Source: a virus
Lineage: Duplodnaviria; Heunggongvirae; Uroviricota; Caudoviricetes
DNA: 46,437 bases
Direction: 5' to 3' (one strand)
IMG/VR virus record: IMGVR_UViG_2925903241_000005
Coordinates: 1-46,437 of that record
The translations under genes and the position numbers were made by a program. Within the stretch, counting starts at the first letter, position 1; each line of letters starts with the position of its first letter. Shown piece after piece: positions 10,966-25,775 of the stretch. The notes beneath the pieces were generated by a model. That model ran no database searches. It saw nothing but the letters and a program-made list of their open reading frames with translations, and was not told the DNA's origin.

Positions 10966-11025
10966 TCCTCATGCTCCATAAACGACAAAACCGCCCGCAG
11001 GCGGTTTCACATAAAACATTTTGCA

Positions 11026-11697
11026 TCAGCGACCAATCACCACAACCTGACCACCATCCCCTTCGTCTGCCGTGCTGATCTCCTGAGAAACCACGCGAGA
11101 CCCCACGCGCATTTCCCCGTACAGAACAGGCAGAACATTGCCCTGGGCAACCATGTTATCCAGTGAGGAGAAATAGGTGTTCTGCTTACCGTTATCCGTT
11201 GTCTGTGTACGGGGAGTTCTGGCTTTCGGTGCCAGCATCTGCGCCACACCACCGAGCACCATACTGGCACCGAGAGAAAACAGGATGCCGGTCATACCAC
11301 CGGTCCCAATGGCTGCCCCCCATGCTGCAAGGGTGGCTCCGGCGGTAAAGAATGATCCGGCAATGGCGGCAGCCCCCAGGACAATCTGGAATACGCCACC
11401 TGACTTGGCCCCGGCGACTCTGGGAACAATATGAATCACAGCGCCATCAGGCAGAGTCTCATGTAACTGCGCCGTTAACCCGGACGTGCTGACGTCCCGC
11501 CCGGCAATCCGTACCTGATACCAGCCGTCGCTCAGTTTCTGACGAAACGCCGGGAGCTGTGTGGCCAGTGCCCGGATGGCTTCAGCCCCCGTTTTCACAC
11601 GAAGGTCGATGCGGCGACCAAATCGTTGTAAATCCCCGTAAAGGCAGATGCGCGCCATGCCCGGTGACGCCAGAGGGAGTGTGTGCGTCGCTGCCAT
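11026..11697 (-). CDS. I: tail assembly protein I
   Basis: Sequence and position match lambda gpI; overlaps K 3' end as in lambda. Confidence 0.85.
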   Translation of the reverse strand: MAATHTLPLASPGMARICLYGDLQRFGRRIDLRVKTGAEAIRALATQLPAFRQKLSDGWYQVRIAGRDVSTSGLTAQLHETLPDGAVIHIVPRVAGAKSGGVFQIVLGAAAIAGSFFTAGATLAAWGAAIGTGGMTGILFSLGASMVLGGVAQMLAPKARTPRTQTTDNGKQNTYFSSLDNMVAQGNVLPVLYGEMRVGSRVVSQEISTADEGDGGQVVVIGR

Positions 11698-12338
11698 TTG
11701 TCGGTGTACCTCTCTCGTTTGCTCAGTTGTTCAGGAATATGGTGCAGCAGCTCGCCGTCGCCGCAGTAAATTGCGGCGTGATTCGGCACTGATGAACCAA
11801 AACAGCACAGCAGCACATCGCCCGGCTGTGCCGCTGACAACGGCACCTGATACAGCCCCGTCGCCTCCAGATTATCCAGATAGAGATTCTGGCCGTTACG
11901 CCACCAGTCATCCTCACGATAAAAGTCCGGCATCTCAATCCCCGCCAGATGATAAGCATCCCGGAACAGTGTGTAACAGTCCGTCACACCGTGCTCAAAG
12001 CGCCGCCCGGTGAGATGCGGCACACAGCGGAACTTATGAATCGTCCCCCGGCAGACCAGCCACCACGGCAAATCACTCTGCACCTGCAGCCGCCGGTCGG
12101 CCTCACTCAGCCAGGGCAGACCACCGGGGTGGCTGTGGACCAGCGCCACAATCTCACCCTGCATTTCTGCCTGCAGCCAGTCTTCCGGCGACATACGGAA
12201 ATACGCCTCCGGCTCACCGGAGATATTCACGCAGGGAAAATATCTTTCCCCCTCCGGCGTGCTTACCACGAAGCCGCACGACTCCGCTGGCGCACATCGC
12301 CGGGCGTGCGCCAGAATCGCTGATTCTGTCTGTGTCAT
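11595..12338 (-). CDS. K: tail assembly protein K (MPN/JAB + NlpC/P60 domains)
   Basis: MTQTESAILAHARRCAPAESCGF..HSHP (JAB-like) and a C-terminal Cys/His peptidase-like region; lambda K position. Confidence 0.85.
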   Translation of the reverse strand: MTQTESAILAHARRCAPAESCGFVVSTPEGERYFPCVNISGEPEAYFRMSPEDWLQAEMQGEIVALVHSHPGGLPWLSEADRRLQVQSDLPWWLVCRGTIHKFRCVPHLTGRRFEHGVTDCYTLFRDAYHLAGIEMPDFYREDDWWRNGQNLYLDNLEATGLYQVPLSAAQPGDVLLCCFGSSVPNHAAIYCGDGELLHHIPEQLSKRERYTDKWQRRTHSLWRHRAWRASAFTGIYNDLVAASTFV

Positions 12339-12343
12339 GGGAT

Positions 12344-13042
12344 TTACTGCGAAAGTTTGTTAATGGAAAGGAAGCTGCCAAAGTTGCCGACATTATTGCG
12401 AAACTTACAGCCACTCAGGCATTTGCTGCATTTATCCTTCGTGATATCGGACGTCGGCTGGTCATATTCATCCGCGACCGCCGGACCGCTATAACCGCAC
12501 TCATCGCCGCGATAGGTCCAGGTGCAGGTGTTGGCCAGCATGATACGTCCCGGAAAAACAGCGCCATCCGTTTCCGTCGGCGTGGACAGTACAAAGGAGG
12601 CACTCACCGCGCTCAGTTCGCTGCACTGCTCAATGCGCCAGCGGCTGATCACCTCCTGCTCCGGATCGGCGTAACTGTTTCCGTTGACGAAGTTCACCGC
12701 ATCCAGAAAACGGGCGTAAACCTTACGCCGGACCACCGTTCCGCCGACCAGACTCTGCATATCTTCCGCCATCCCGGTGACCATACCGTACAGGTTAGAA
12801 ACCGTCAGCGTGGGGCGCGTACTGGTGCCTTTGCCATTCAGTTCAAAACCGCTCCCCTGAATGGGATACGGCTGATACTGTCGCCCCTGCCAGGTGACCG
12901 GCTCACCTTTTTCGTTCTGCTCATTACAGAAAAAATAACGTTCTCCACCGACCTCTGTCAGGTCGATTTCCCAGAGCACCACGCTGGCCGACTGCTCCGC
13001 ACGGGTGCATTCATTCAGTGTTTCCTGCCGGATATCCTGCAT
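12344..13042 (-). CDS. L: minor tail protein L
   Basis: Sequence MQDIRQETLNECTRAEQSASVVLWEIDLTEV... matches lambda gpL. Confidence 0.9.
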   Translation of the reverse strand: MQDIRQETLNECTRAEQSASVVLWEIDLTEVGGERYFFCNEQNEKGEPVTWQGRQYQPYPIQGSGFELNGKGTSTRPTLTVSNLYGMVTGMAEDMQSLVGGTVVRRKVYARFLDAVNFVNGNSYADPEQEVISRWRIEQCSELSAVSASFVLSTPTETDGAVFPGRIMLANTCTWTYRGDECGYSGPAVADEYDQPTSDITKDKCSKCLSGCKFRNNVGNFGSFLSINKLSQ

Positions 13043-13371
13043 CAGTTCACCACCTGTTCAAACTCTGCGCTGAACTCAACACGCAACATACTGACCCGCG
13101 ACGACCATTTTGCGCAGGTCACCTTTATCTGCCGCCACTCATAAGGCGGCGTCCACAGAAAGGATTTCCAGCCCCCGTGCTCTTCCAGAAACGACTCCAG
13201 TACCGTGGCCTCCTCACGGGGGACAGAAAGCGTCACGCTGTACGTTTTCAGGTTGGCATTCAGCCCGGCAGGCGCTCGCTGAGAATAGCCATCACCAAAG
13301 CGCACCTTTCTTACAGAAGGGACCGAAGCCACATCCATACCGGGTTTCACTTTCCAGCGGAAGGTCTTCAT
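13042..13371 (-). CDS. M: minor tail protein M
   Basis: MKTFRWKVKPGMDVASVPSVRKVRFGDGYSQ... matches lambda gpM. Confidence 0.9.
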   Translation of the reverse strand: MKTFRWKVKPGMDVASVPSVRKVRFGDGYSQRAPAGLNANLKTYSVTLSVPREEATVLESFLEEHGGWKSFLWTPPYEWRQIKVTCAKWSSRVSMLRVEFSAEFEQVVN

Positions 13372-15947
13372 CGTCCACCTCCGGAGAACAGGCCACCATC
13401 GCGCATCTGCCCGGTCACAACATCCATTGCCGCCTTACGGGCTACGTCATAAACAGCCTTCAGCGCCTGTGGCCCTATCTGCCCGTTCGTGCCGTCGTTG
13501 TTAATCACCACATGGTTATTCTGCTCAAACGTCCCGGACGCCTGCGACCGGCTGTCTGCCATGCTGCCCGGTGTACCGACATAACCGCCGGTGGCATAGC
13601 CGCGCATCAGCCGGTAAAGATTCCCCACGCCAATCCGGCTGGTTGCCTCCTTCGTGAAGACAAACTCACCACGGTGAACAATCCCCGCTGGCTCATATTT
13701 GCCGCCGGTTCCCGTAAATCCTCCGGTTGCAAAATGGAATTTCGCCGCAGCGGCCTGAATGGCTGTACCGCCTGACGCGGATGCGCCGCCACCAACAGCC
13801 CCGCCAATGGCGCTGCCGATACTCCCGACAATCCCCACCATTGCCTGCTTAAGCAGAATTTCTGTCATCATGGACAGCACGGAACGGGTGAAGCTGCGCC
13901 AGTTCTGCTCACTGCCGGTCAGCATCGCCGCCATATTCTGTGCAATACCATCAAAGGTCTGCGTGGCTGCACTTTTTACCTGCGACATACTGTCCGTGGC
14001 GCTCTCTTCCCACTCACTCCAGCCGGACTTCAGGCCTGCCATCCAGTTCCCGCGAAGCTGGTCTTCAGCCGCCCAGGTCTTTTTCTGCTCTGACATGACG
14101 TTATTCAGCGCCAGCGGATTATCGCCATACTGTTCCTTCAGGCGCTGTTCCGTGGCTTCCCGTTCTGCCTGCCGGTCAGTCAGCCCCCGGCTTTTCGCAT
14201 CAATGGCGGCCCGTTTTGCCCGTTGCTGCTGTGCGAATTTATCCGCCTGCTGCGCCAGCGCGTTCAGGCGCTCCTGATACGTAACCTTGTCGCCAAGTGC
14301 AGCCAGCTGGCGTTTGTACTCCAGCGTCTCATCTTTATGCGCCAGCAGGGATTTCTCCTGTGCAGACAGCTGGCGACGTTGCGCCGCCTCCTCCAGTACC
14401 GCGAACTGACTCTCCGCCTTCCACAAATCCCGGCGCTGCTGGCTGATTTTCTCATTTGCTCCGGCATGCTTCTCCAGCGTCCGGAGTTCAGCCTGAAGCG
14501 TCAGCAGGGCAGCATGAGCACTGTCTTCCTGACGATCGCCCGCAGACACCTTCACGCCGGACTGTTTCGGCTTTTTCAGCGTCGCTTCATAATCCTTTTT
14601 CGCCGCCGCCATCAGCGTGTTGTAATCCGCCTGCAGGATTTTCCCGTCTTTCAGTGCCTTGTTCAGTTCTTCCTGACGGGCGGTATATTTCTCCAGCGGC
14701 GTCTGCAGCCGTTCGTAAGCCTTCTGCGCCTCTTCGGTATATTTCAGCCGTGATGCCTCAGACTCGGCCCAGTCCTTTGCTGCCATCTCTCTGGCCTTTT
14801 CAAGATCGGCCTGCAACGTGGCGGCTGAAAGCCCAAGTTGCGCATTCGCTCTGTCCTCCCATGCTCCCCGGAGATTGGCAAGAAATGCTGAGGTTTTACC
14901 GCGCCGGTGGCTCCGACTCTGATACCACTGCCATTTTTTGTCCGCCTCATCAAAAGCCTTTTCTGCTTTCTCCAGCATTCCCTGGGCAGTGTCCGGGCGA
15001 CCAATATCCAGCACCGAATCCCACATGGATTTGAATGCCCGTGCTGTCCTGTCTGCCCAGGTCTCCAGCGTGCCCATGTTCTCTTTCAGGCGGCGGGTCT
15101 GGTCATCAAACCCTTTCGTTGCGGCCTCGTTCGCCGCCTGCAATGCCCCGGCTTCATCTCCGGAACGCTGCAACTGAGCAACATACGCAATCTGCTCCGC
15201 CGTCACGTTACGGAACTGACGTGCCATCGCTGTCAGTCCCGACGTCGGGTCTGTGGTCAGCTTCCCGAAGGCTTCAGCGACCTTGTCCACCTCCACGCCG
15301 GATGCAGAGGAGAAACGCGCCACACTCTGGCTGATCGCCTCAAACTGCTCACCACCACGCACACCGGCATTCACCAGCGCCGTCAGTGACTCGCTGGTCT
15401 GGTTAAACGTCAGCCCTGCCGCCTGCCCGGCTCTGGACAGGGCCAGAATACGATCTGCCGTCAGTCCCGCCTGATTGCCGGAAAGGACCAGCGTTTTGTT
15501 GAAATCGGACAGGGTTGAGTTGCCCTGATACCAGGCATACGCCAGCGCACCGGTCGCCACCGCCAGCGAGGTGGCCCCCACCATCGGCAGGGTGATCGCA
15601 CCGGCAAGCCCCCTGAACATGGGGATCATCCCGCCGAAGGAGTCCTTAACCTGACCACCCTGTTGCAGCAGGATCAGCCACGGACTTTGCCCGCCTGCAA
15701 GCTGCGTGGCCACGTCGGTGAACTGTGCAGGCAGCATACGCATGGCGGCTTTATACTGCCCGACGGAAATCCCCGCTTTCTGTGCAGCCAGCGCCTGTCG
15801 GCTCAGCGACTGTTCAACGACTGCCGCTGTTTTTTTCGCATCAGTTTCCGTACCGGAAAAATGACGCCTGACTCTGGCCATCTGCTCGTCAAATCTGGCC
15901 GCATCCAGACTTAAATCAACGACCAGATCGCCTACCGGTTCAGCCAT
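13368..15947 (-). CDS. H: tail tape measure protein H
   Basis: 859-aa coiled-coil-rich ORF matching lambda gpH; antisense ORFs inside it are treated as spurious. Confidence 0.9.
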   Translation of the reverse strand: MAEPVGDLVVDLSLDAARFDEQMARVRRHFSGTETDAKKTAAVVEQSLSRQALAAQKAGISVGQYKAAMRMLPAQFTDVATQLAGGQSPWLILLQQGGQVKDSFGGMIPMFRGLAGAITLPMVGATSLAVATGALAYAWYQGNSTLSDFNKTLVLSGNQAGLTADRILALSRAGQAAGLTFNQTSESLTALVNAGVRGGEQFEAISQSVARFSSASGVEVDKVAEAFGKLTTDPTSGLTAMARQFRNVTAEQIAYVAQLQRSGDEAGALQAANEAATKGFDDQTRRLKENMGTLETWADRTARAFKSMWDSVLDIGRPDTAQGMLEKAEKAFDEADKKWQWYQSRSHRRGKTSAFLANLRGAWEDRANAQLGLSAATLQADLEKAREMAAKDWAESEASRLKYTEEAQKAYERLQTPLEKYTARQEELNKALKDGKILQADYNTLMAAAKKDYEATLKKPKQSGVKVSAGDRQEDSAHAALLTLQAELRTLEKHAGANEKISQQRRDLWKAESQFAVLEEAAQRRQLSAQEKSLLAHKDETLEYKRQLAALGDKVTYQERLNALAQQADKFAQQQRAKRAAIDAKSRGLTDRQAEREATEQRLKEQYGDNPLALNNVMSEQKKTWAAEDQLRGNWMAGLKSGWSEWEESATDSMSQVKSAATQTFDGIAQNMAAMLTGSEQNWRSFTRSVLSMMTEILLKQAMVGIVGSIGSAIGGAVGGGASASGGTAIQAAAAKFHFATGGFTGTGGKYEPAGIVHRGEFVFTKEATSRIGVGNLYRLMRGYATGGYVGTPGSMADSRSQASGTFEQNNHVVINNDGTNGQIGPQALKAVYDVARKAAMDVVTGQMRDGGLFSGGGR

Positions 15948-16374
15948 ACCGGACTCCTCCTGCGATCCCTTCTGATACTGTCATCAGCATTACGTCATCC
16001 TCCGTCATGTCCGCCACATCCGGGGAAGTAGGGATAACTTCATTCCCGTCCGGGCCAAAGCGGACACCTCCGGCAAGCCCTGCCGCTTTCTGCATCAGCA
16101 CATCATCTTCAGGCTCTTCGTCAGCCTCGCGCCGGTTCAGCAGACTGAAATCCAGCGGATGCATATCCGGATCGCTGAAAAACAGGCTGAGCACGGTGTA
16201 CGTCAGCCCGGAAAAGTGCATATCCAGCAGAACATCATGAAAATAATGGGTACTGTAAAAGCGGTGCCAGTCGGCATACTCCGTGGATGACATCCCGGCA
16301 AGCATGGCGCGCCAGTCAGGTCGCCCCATCTCACGCGCCAGTTTCAGGGCAAAACTCAGCTCACCGTCGAACAC
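15940..16374 (-). CDS. T: tail assembly chaperone T segment (expressed as G-T fusion by -1 frameshift)
   Basis: Frame continues from the G slippery site; matches lambda gpT. Confidence 0.8.
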   Translation of the reverse strand: MFDGELSFALKLAREMGRPDWRAMLAGMSSTEYADWHRFYSTHYFHDVLLDMHFSGLTYTVLSLFFSDPDMHPLDFSLLNRREADEEPEDDVLMQKAAGLAGGVRFGPDGNEVIPTSPDVADMTEDDVMLMTVSEGIAGGVRYG

Positions 16375-16778
16375 TTTCCCGCAGAAACAGGCTCTGCAGG
16401 CCCGGCGTCCTCTGCCTGTTCAGGGGCATCATTCACAACAAACTCAGACATACCGGACAGACGCATTACCACATTTTCAGCCTGAGCAATTGCCTCTGTG
16501 GGCCAGGTGGTAAGCACTTCCTGCTCAATTTGTTTAACGGCTTCATTCATGGACGGCATCTTTGTCTTCTGCGGATGGTTATGCCACAGGGACATCGCCA
16601 CCAGAAAAGCACCGGTTCTGACGAGATCTTCCACGCTCACCTGTCGATTGAGACTGGATCCCGCCTGTTCTTCCTGTCGTTTCAGCAGGGCGAGATGCTC
16701 AATTCGCTGCAGGGCTGACAGTTCAGAAAGCGTGACGCTCATACCGTTATATTCAAATGATTCGGTTTTCAGGAACAT
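16356..16778 (-). CDS. G: tail assembly chaperone G
   Basis: MFLKTESFEYNGMSVTLSELSALQRIEHLALLKRQ... matches lambda gpG. Confidence 0.85.
   Translation of the reverse strand: MFLKTESFEYNGMSVTLSELSALQRIEHLALLKRQEEQAGSSLNRQVSVEDLVRTGAFLVAMSLWHNHPQKTKMPSMNEAVKQIEQEVLTTWPTEAIAQAENVVMRLSGMSEFVVNDAPEQAEDAGPAEPVSAGKCSTVS
16374..16380 (-). other. programmed -1 ribosomal frameshift slippery heptamer G GGA AAG (G to G-T)
   Basis: Heptamer read on minus strand (plus-strand ctttccc) a few codons before the G stop; the T frame opens exactly here. Confidence 0.8.
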
Positions 16779-16793
16779 CGCTGACTCTCCGGA

Positions 16794-17564
16794 TTAACTG
16801 TCGGTGACGGTGATTCCTGCAACCACAGCAAGTTCACCATTACCGGATACAACCGGAATGTTGACCTTGCCTGCAGCAACACCTTTCACGGTGATGGTCA
16901 TACCACTGACCGACACGGTGGCTTTTGTTTTATCCGCAGACACCGCACGGAAGCTCTTGTCGGTTGCGCCTTCCGGCTGGAATGCCACGGTCAGCGTGAT
17001 GCTCCGCCCTTTCACCACCGAAGTGCTGGCAGGCGTCACGGTCATGCCGGTTGCCGCTGTTACCGTGCTGCGATCTTCTGCCATCGACGGACGTCCCACG
17101 TTGGTGACTTTCACCGTGCGGGTGATCACTTCCTTCGCCGTCACCGCCTTACCGATACTGCTGACCCAGCCGCGGAACACATCGACCGTGCCGTTCGGGA
17201 AGCGGATTTTATAGGCACGGGTATCCCCTTTATTAAACCACGCCAGCAGCGCCTGCTGCCCCTGCTCTCCGGGCATCCACGCCAGCGTGAAGCTGGTATC
17301 TCCGGCAGATTTCTGCCCCTGCCCGGTCGCAGTCCAGTCCGCATTTTCATCATCGAGATAGCTGTCGTCATAGGACTCAGCGGTCAGTTCGCCGGGCGTC
17401 AGGTCTTTAACTTTTGCCAGACGCGACCAGTCAACGTCTGAAAGCGGATTCGCATAAGGGTCACCGCTCCCGTTATAAACCCACAGGGTGGTCCCGGCCC
17501 CTTTCACCGGTGCCAGAGGATTTGGTGTTGGCATATCGTCCTCACATTTCATAGGTAATGACAT
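16794..17564 (-). CDS. V: major tail protein V (with C-terminal Big_2-like domain)
   Basis: Matches lambda gpV; true start probably the internal Met ([12 protein letters not shown], about 17534). Confidence 0.9.
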   Translation of the reverse strand: MSLPMKCEDDMPTPNPLAPVKGAGTTLWVYNGSGDPYANPLSDVDWSRLAKVKDLTPGELTAESYDDSYLDDENADWTATGQGQKSAGDTSFTLAWMPGEQGQQALLAWFNKGDTRAYKIRFPNGTVDVFRGWVSSIGKAVTAKEVITRTVKVTNVGRPSMAEDRSTVTAATGMTVTPASTSVVKGRSITLTVAFQPEGATDKSFRAVSADKTKATVSVSGMTITVKGVAAGKVNIPVVSGNGELAVVAGITVTDS

Positions 17565-17937
17565 AAGTCAGATCGGCTGAACTCCACAGGCCCGCATCAT
17601 CGTCGCGCCGGTAGTCATAGCCACTGGCCACCATACTGGTGATCAAATCTGACAGCGCCGGGATATCGCTCATCACCGGATAAATCCGGGACTCCATCCA
17701 CGAATCCAGCTCTGAATCCGGCACCTGAGCAGGCAGGAAAACTTCAATATGCAGCTCCGCCTGCCAGGTATCGCTGTCCAGCTCTTCGCCCGTGTATTCA
17801 GCGCCGGTGAGATAAACGGCAATTGCCGGAAAATCTTCCTCATCAAAAGCAGCGGGGCGACCATCAAAAAGCGTCGCCCCGGTGTCATGCTTCTCCAGTG
17901 CATCCAGTACGGCTGCACGGAGTTCAGTATGTTTCAT
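17542..17937 (-). CDS. U: tail terminator protein U
   Basis: [17 protein letters not shown]... matches lambda gpU. Confidence 0.9.
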   Translation of the reverse strand: MKHTELRAAVLDALEKHDTGATLFDGRPAAFDEEDFPAIAVYLTGAEYTGEELDSDTWQAELHIEVFLPAQVPDSELDSWMESRIYPVMSDIPALSDLITSMVASGYDYRRDDDAGLWSSADLTYVITYEM

Positions 17938-18512
17938 CGCTTTATTACCATCCTCAGTTGATGCTGCAGCGCATAGCCCAGCTCTTTCGGAAGACGTTCA
18001 CGCCGTATCCGCTCAATATTTTGTTTAAACGCCGTGGTCAGCGGCACCGCCATCGGGATTTTCACCACATCAATGGGGTAACGGTTTTTCCCGGCCACAC
18101 GCTGCATGACATGCCACCGGCCATTTTTCAGTTGCTGAATAAACGCGCCGGGAATACGACGGTTACCCACCACAAGCACGCTGCCGCCACCTTTCAGGGA
18201 TGAACGCTGCCCCTTTTTACGACGCCTGCGGCGCGAAAGGACAACCCGCGCATTACCCAGCCTGATTACGGGCAAATCCCCCCGGTTAACTTTGATTCTG
18301 GCCTGCGGATTTTTGACCGTGGCCCTTTTCAGCCTGGCCCTTTCCTTTACCAGTTTCCGGCGTACCTTTGTCTCACGGGCAACCTGTGACGCCGACTGCG
18401 ATATCGCGGATGACGCAACGCGGTTAATGGCCATTGCGGCGGCACCGGGCACCGCCGTTCTGCTGATACGGCTGAGGTTTTCAACGGCCTGCTCAAGACC
18501 TTTTATGGCCAT
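17934..18512 (-). CDS. Z: tail completion protein Z
   Basis: Matches lambda gpZ; ATGA overlap with U. Confidence 0.9.
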   Translation of the reverse strand: MAIKGLEQAVENLSRISRTAVPGAAAMAINRVASSAISQSASQVARETKVRRKLVKERARLKRATVKNPQARIKVNRGDLPVIRLGNARVVLSRRRRRKKGQRSSLKGGGSVLVVGNRRIPGAFIQQLKNGRWHVMQRVAGKNRYPIDVVKIPMAVPLTTAFKQNIERIRRERLPKELGYALQHQLRMVIKR

Positions 18513-18523
18513 TCATCCCCCTT

Positions 18524-18877
18524 TCAGCGGCGACGGTTAACGGCAGGCGGTACGCCCCGCCCAAGCCAGAGATGACAGCTTCCGCCATCATCCGGCGAAA
18601 TCCGGTCTATCCAGAAGTTTTCCTCACCGATGGTCAGCATGTCGCCGCGCCGCAGCTGCCGCACATCATCAGTCCGGACAAACAGGGACGGGCTGGAGCC
18701 TTCAACGCGCACGCCCTGTCCGGCATAGCTGATATTTTCAGGGTCATCAAAAACACCACGTATCACAGCACCGGACTGCTCACCGGATGTCATGGTGGCT
18801 GACGTTCCCATGTACCCGCGTATCGTTTCATCGGCGCAGGCAATGGCAGCATCGAACAGGTTATCGAAATCAGCCAC
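18524..18877 (-). CDS. FII: head-tail connector protein FII
   Basis: MADFDNLFDAAIACADETIRGYMG... matches lambda gpFII. Confidence 0.9.
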   Translation of the reverse strand: MADFDNLFDAAIACADETIRGYMGTSATMTSGEQSGAVIRGVFDDPENISYAGQGVRVEGSSPSLFVRTDDVRQLRRGDMLTIGEENFWIDRISPDDGGSCHLWLGRGVPPAVNRRR

Positions 18878-18888
18878 AGCGCCTCCCG

Positions 18889-19323
18889 TTATTGCATTCT
18901 GGCCAGGCCGCGCTCTGTCATTTCAGCTGCCACACCGGCAGAGACACGAAACGCCGTTCCCGGCAGCACAAATGCCACAGCCTCATCCCGCGTGGCGTGA
19001 AGTGCATCAGTATGCAGCGTCACCAGTGCCACAACCGTGACCAGATCAGCCGTATCAGTCACGGTATCCGGCTGCGCTGATACAACCTCATTTTCATGCA
19101 CGGTCAGCACATTTTCCGGGCTGACAGACGTGTCCTGACCGGCTGCGTCATCCGTGTCATCAAGCTCCTCTTCCAGCTCTGCCACACGGAGCGCCAGTTC
19201 TTCTTTCGTCCCCGTCAGGCTGACATCACGGTTCAGTTGCTCACCCAGCGAACGGAGACGGGCAATCAGTTCATCTTTCGTCATGGACTCCTCCACAGAG
19301 AGAAAATGGCCCCGAAGGGCCAT
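18889..19323 (-). CDS. FI: DNA packaging protein FI
   Basis: Matches lambda gpFI from MTKDELIARLRSLGEQ; true start probably that internal Met (about 19284). Confidence 0.85.
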   Translation of the reverse strand: MALRGHFLSVEESMTKDELIARLRSLGEQLNRDVSLTGTKEELALRVAELEEELDDTDDAAGQDTSVSPENVLTVHENEVVSAQPDTVTDTADLVTVVALVTLHTDALHATRDEAVAFVLPGTAFRVSAGVAAEMTERGLARMQ

Positions 19324-19325
19324 GA

Positions 19326-20378
19326 TTACGCCAGTTGAACGGACACGAACTCATCAGGATCAGCCAGCAGCATCAGCGGTGCTGACTGAATCATGGTGAA
19401 CTCTCGCGCCGGATCGCCGGATGTCTTCCAGTTTTTCGGATAACGGGGAGACGCATTAATACCCTCACTCAATGCATCCGCATCCTGAATACAGCCATAG
19501 GTGCGCAGACCGCGTGCATGAGTGTTACCCAGCACCATCGTGTTGTCCGGCAGGAAGTTCTTTTTGACGCCGTTTTCCACGTACTGTCCGGAATACACGA
19601 CGATGGCCACATCGCCATACATTCCCTTATAAGACACCGCTTTGCCCAGGTCTTTTACCGCTGTCTCCAGTTCGGAATGAGAGCCGCGACGGGTATCCAG
19701 CTTCTCCCTGACGGCTTTGAAGGAACGGAACAGCGCCCAGCCTTTCGGGTCAAACACGATGATATTCACCACACCGCTGGCGTTCAGCGCGTAGGCTTCG
19801 ATATCGTCGGTCGGGTCATACGTGGACTTGTCGCGCTTGCTCCACCCCGTGCTGCCGGACTGCGTGATGTTATTCGCTTCACTGCGACCCATATCCACCT
19901 CAACCGGATCGAAGGCTTCACCGGTCATGGTGTATTTGCCCTTAAGCACGGCAGAAACTGCCTGCATCTCTTCGACCTGAGCAATGGCCAGCTCTTCGTC
20001 ACGCATGTTCTGCATGATGATGCGACGGCGGCGGTAAGCCGGGTCCGCCAGATTCTGCGGATCTTCATCCGGCAGGCGACGCAGGGTCATCTGCGGATTC
20101 ACTTCATGCTTCGGCTTGACATATCCCGGCGTAAATTCAGAGGTGGAGCCGCCACGGGAACGGATAACCTCACCGGAAACAATCGGCGAAACGTACAGCG
20201 CCATGTTTACCAGTCCCGGAATTTGTGAGAGATAGACTTTCTCCGTAGTGAAGGGATAGCTCTCACGGAAAAAGAGACGCAGAAACAGCGGATCAAACTT
20301 AAATTTCTGCTCATTTGCCGCCAGCAGCTGGGCGGTTGTGTACATCGACATAAAAAAATCCCGTAAAAAAAGCCGCAC
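19326..20378 (-). CDS. E: major capsid protein E
   Basis: Matches lambda gpE from MSMYTTAQLLAANEQKF; true start probably about 20351. Confidence 0.9.
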   Translation of the reverse strand: MRLFLRDFFMSMYTTAQLLAANEQKFKFDPLFLRLFFRESYPFTTEKVYLSQIPGLVNMALYVSPIVSGEVIRSRGGSTSEFTPGYVKPKHEVNPQMTLRRLPDEDPQNLADPAYRRRRIIMQNMRDEELAIAQVEEMQAVSAVLKGKYTMTGEAFDPVEVDMGRSEANNITQSGSTGWSKRDKSTYDPTDDIEAYALNASGVVNIIVFDPKGWALFRSFKAVREKLDTRRGSHSELETAVKDLGKAVSYKGMYGDVAIVVYSGQYVENGVKKNFLPDNTMVLGNTHARGLRTYGCIQDADALSEGINASPRYPKNWKTSGDPAREFTMIQSAPLMLLADPDEFVSVQLA

Positions 20379-20406
20379 AGGCGGCCTTTAGTGATGAAGG
20401 GTCAGG

Positions 20407-20745
20407 TTAAACGATGCTGATTGCCGTTCCGGCAAACGCGGTCCGTTTTTTCGCCTCGTCGCTGGCAGCCTCCGGCCAGAGCACATCCTCATAACGGAAC
20501 GTGCCGGACTTGTAGAACGTCAGCGTGGTGCTGGTCTGGTCAGCAGCAACAGCAAGAATGCCAACGGCAGCACCGTCGGTGGTGCCATCCCACGCAACCA
20601 GCTTACGGGTGGAGGTATCCGGCATCAACGGAGTCATTGCTGGCGTTTTCTTACTCAATCCGCCGGGCGCGGTTGCGGTATGAGCCGGGTCACTGTTGCC
20701 CAGCGGCTGGTAATGGGTAAAGGTTTCTTTGCTCGTCATAAACAT
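20407..20745 (-). CDS. D: head decoration protein D
   Basis: [27 protein letters not shown]... matches lambda gpD. Confidence 0.9.
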   Translation of the reverse strand: MFMTSKETFTHYQPLGNSDPAHTATAPGGLSKKTPAMTPLMPDTSTRKLVAWDGTTDGAAVGILAVAADQTSTTLTFYKSGTFRYEDVLWPEAASDEAKKRTAFAGTAISIV

Positions 20746-22048
20746 CCCTTACACTGGTGTGTTCAGCAAATCGTTAACGGCATCAGATGCCGGGTTACCT
20801 GCAGCCAGCGGTGCCGGTGCCCCCTGCATCAGACGATCCAGCGCAGTGTCACTGCGCGCCTGTGCACTCTGTGGTGCTGCGGCCAGAATGCGGCGGGCCG
20901 TTTCCACGGTCATTCCGGGGGTTTCTGCCAGAACGCGCGCCTGTTCTTCGCGTCCGTGAGCCTCCTCACAGTTGAGGATCCCCATAATGCGGCTGTTTTC
21001 TGCCGCAACCGCAGCGGTGATCTGCGCGTTCACGTCCGGCTGCGCCGCGCTGGCGTTTTCGCCCTCCGTCGCTGGCACCACGTCAGTAACGTCAGCCTGC
21101 GAAGCAGTGGCTGAAACAGTTGTTGATTGAGTCTCTTTGGTCATTCGCCCTCCTGAGAGACGGGATTTACGTGCATCCAGTGCATCACGCATGACGGTGA
21201 TCGCATCGGTGCTGTTGACAAGTTCATCAGCCAGTCCGGCATCAATGGCCTCCTGACCGCTGTACACTGCAGCCTCGGTATCCAGCACAGCCTGCACGGA
21301 CAGGCCGGTATATGCCGACACCTTCTGCGCAAACATCCGGCGGGTTGCATCCATCCGGGACTGCAGTGTCTCCCGGACATCATCCGGTAGATGGCTGTAG
21401 GGGTTGCCATCCACCTTATGGCTGCCGCTGTAAATCAGCGTGATTTCCACGCCCTGTTTCTCCAGCGCAGCACCGTAATTACTGTGAGCCATCATGACGC
21501 CGATGGAGCCTGTCCGGGCGGTCTGCGTGACCAGACGCCGGGAGGCGGCACTGGCAAGCAGCTGACCTGCGCTGCAGTTCATGTCATTGGCCAGCGCCCA
21601 TACCGGCTTTATGTCACGCACACGGGCGATGATGTCAGCGCAGTCAAATGCCCCTGCCACCATCCCGCCTGGCGTATCCATATCGAGCAGAATGCCATCC
21701 ACCATCGGGTCGCTGGCAGCCTGTTGCAGACGGGCGATAATGCCGTTGTAACCGGTCATTCCCGAATACGGCTGCAGCGCCCGCGTCCGGCTGACCAGCG
21801 TGCCGGACACCGCCAGCACGGCGATGCCGTTCATGACCTGATAACTGCGGGCTTGTCGTGGTCCGTCATCATCACCGGATAACGCCAGCGCCGCGGGTGC
21901 CTCTCCGGCAGTCAGGCTGTCGCCGGATACTGCATCCGTCAGGCGGCTGATCCCAAGCTGGCCTGCAAGCGCACAAAAGAAAACCCGCGCATAGGCGGGT
22001 TCAAGCATCAGCGGCTCATTAAAGGCCATGCTGGCAATATGCGGGAGA

Positions 22049-25749
<3,701 letters not shown>

Positions 25750-25775
<26 letters not shown>

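Noticed and set aside
13759-15389. Several 80-190-aa plus-strand ORFs (13759..14277, 14223..14753, 14456..15034, 14907..15389)
   Set aside because: Antisense to the tape-measure gene H; low-complexity translations; H is confidently identified.
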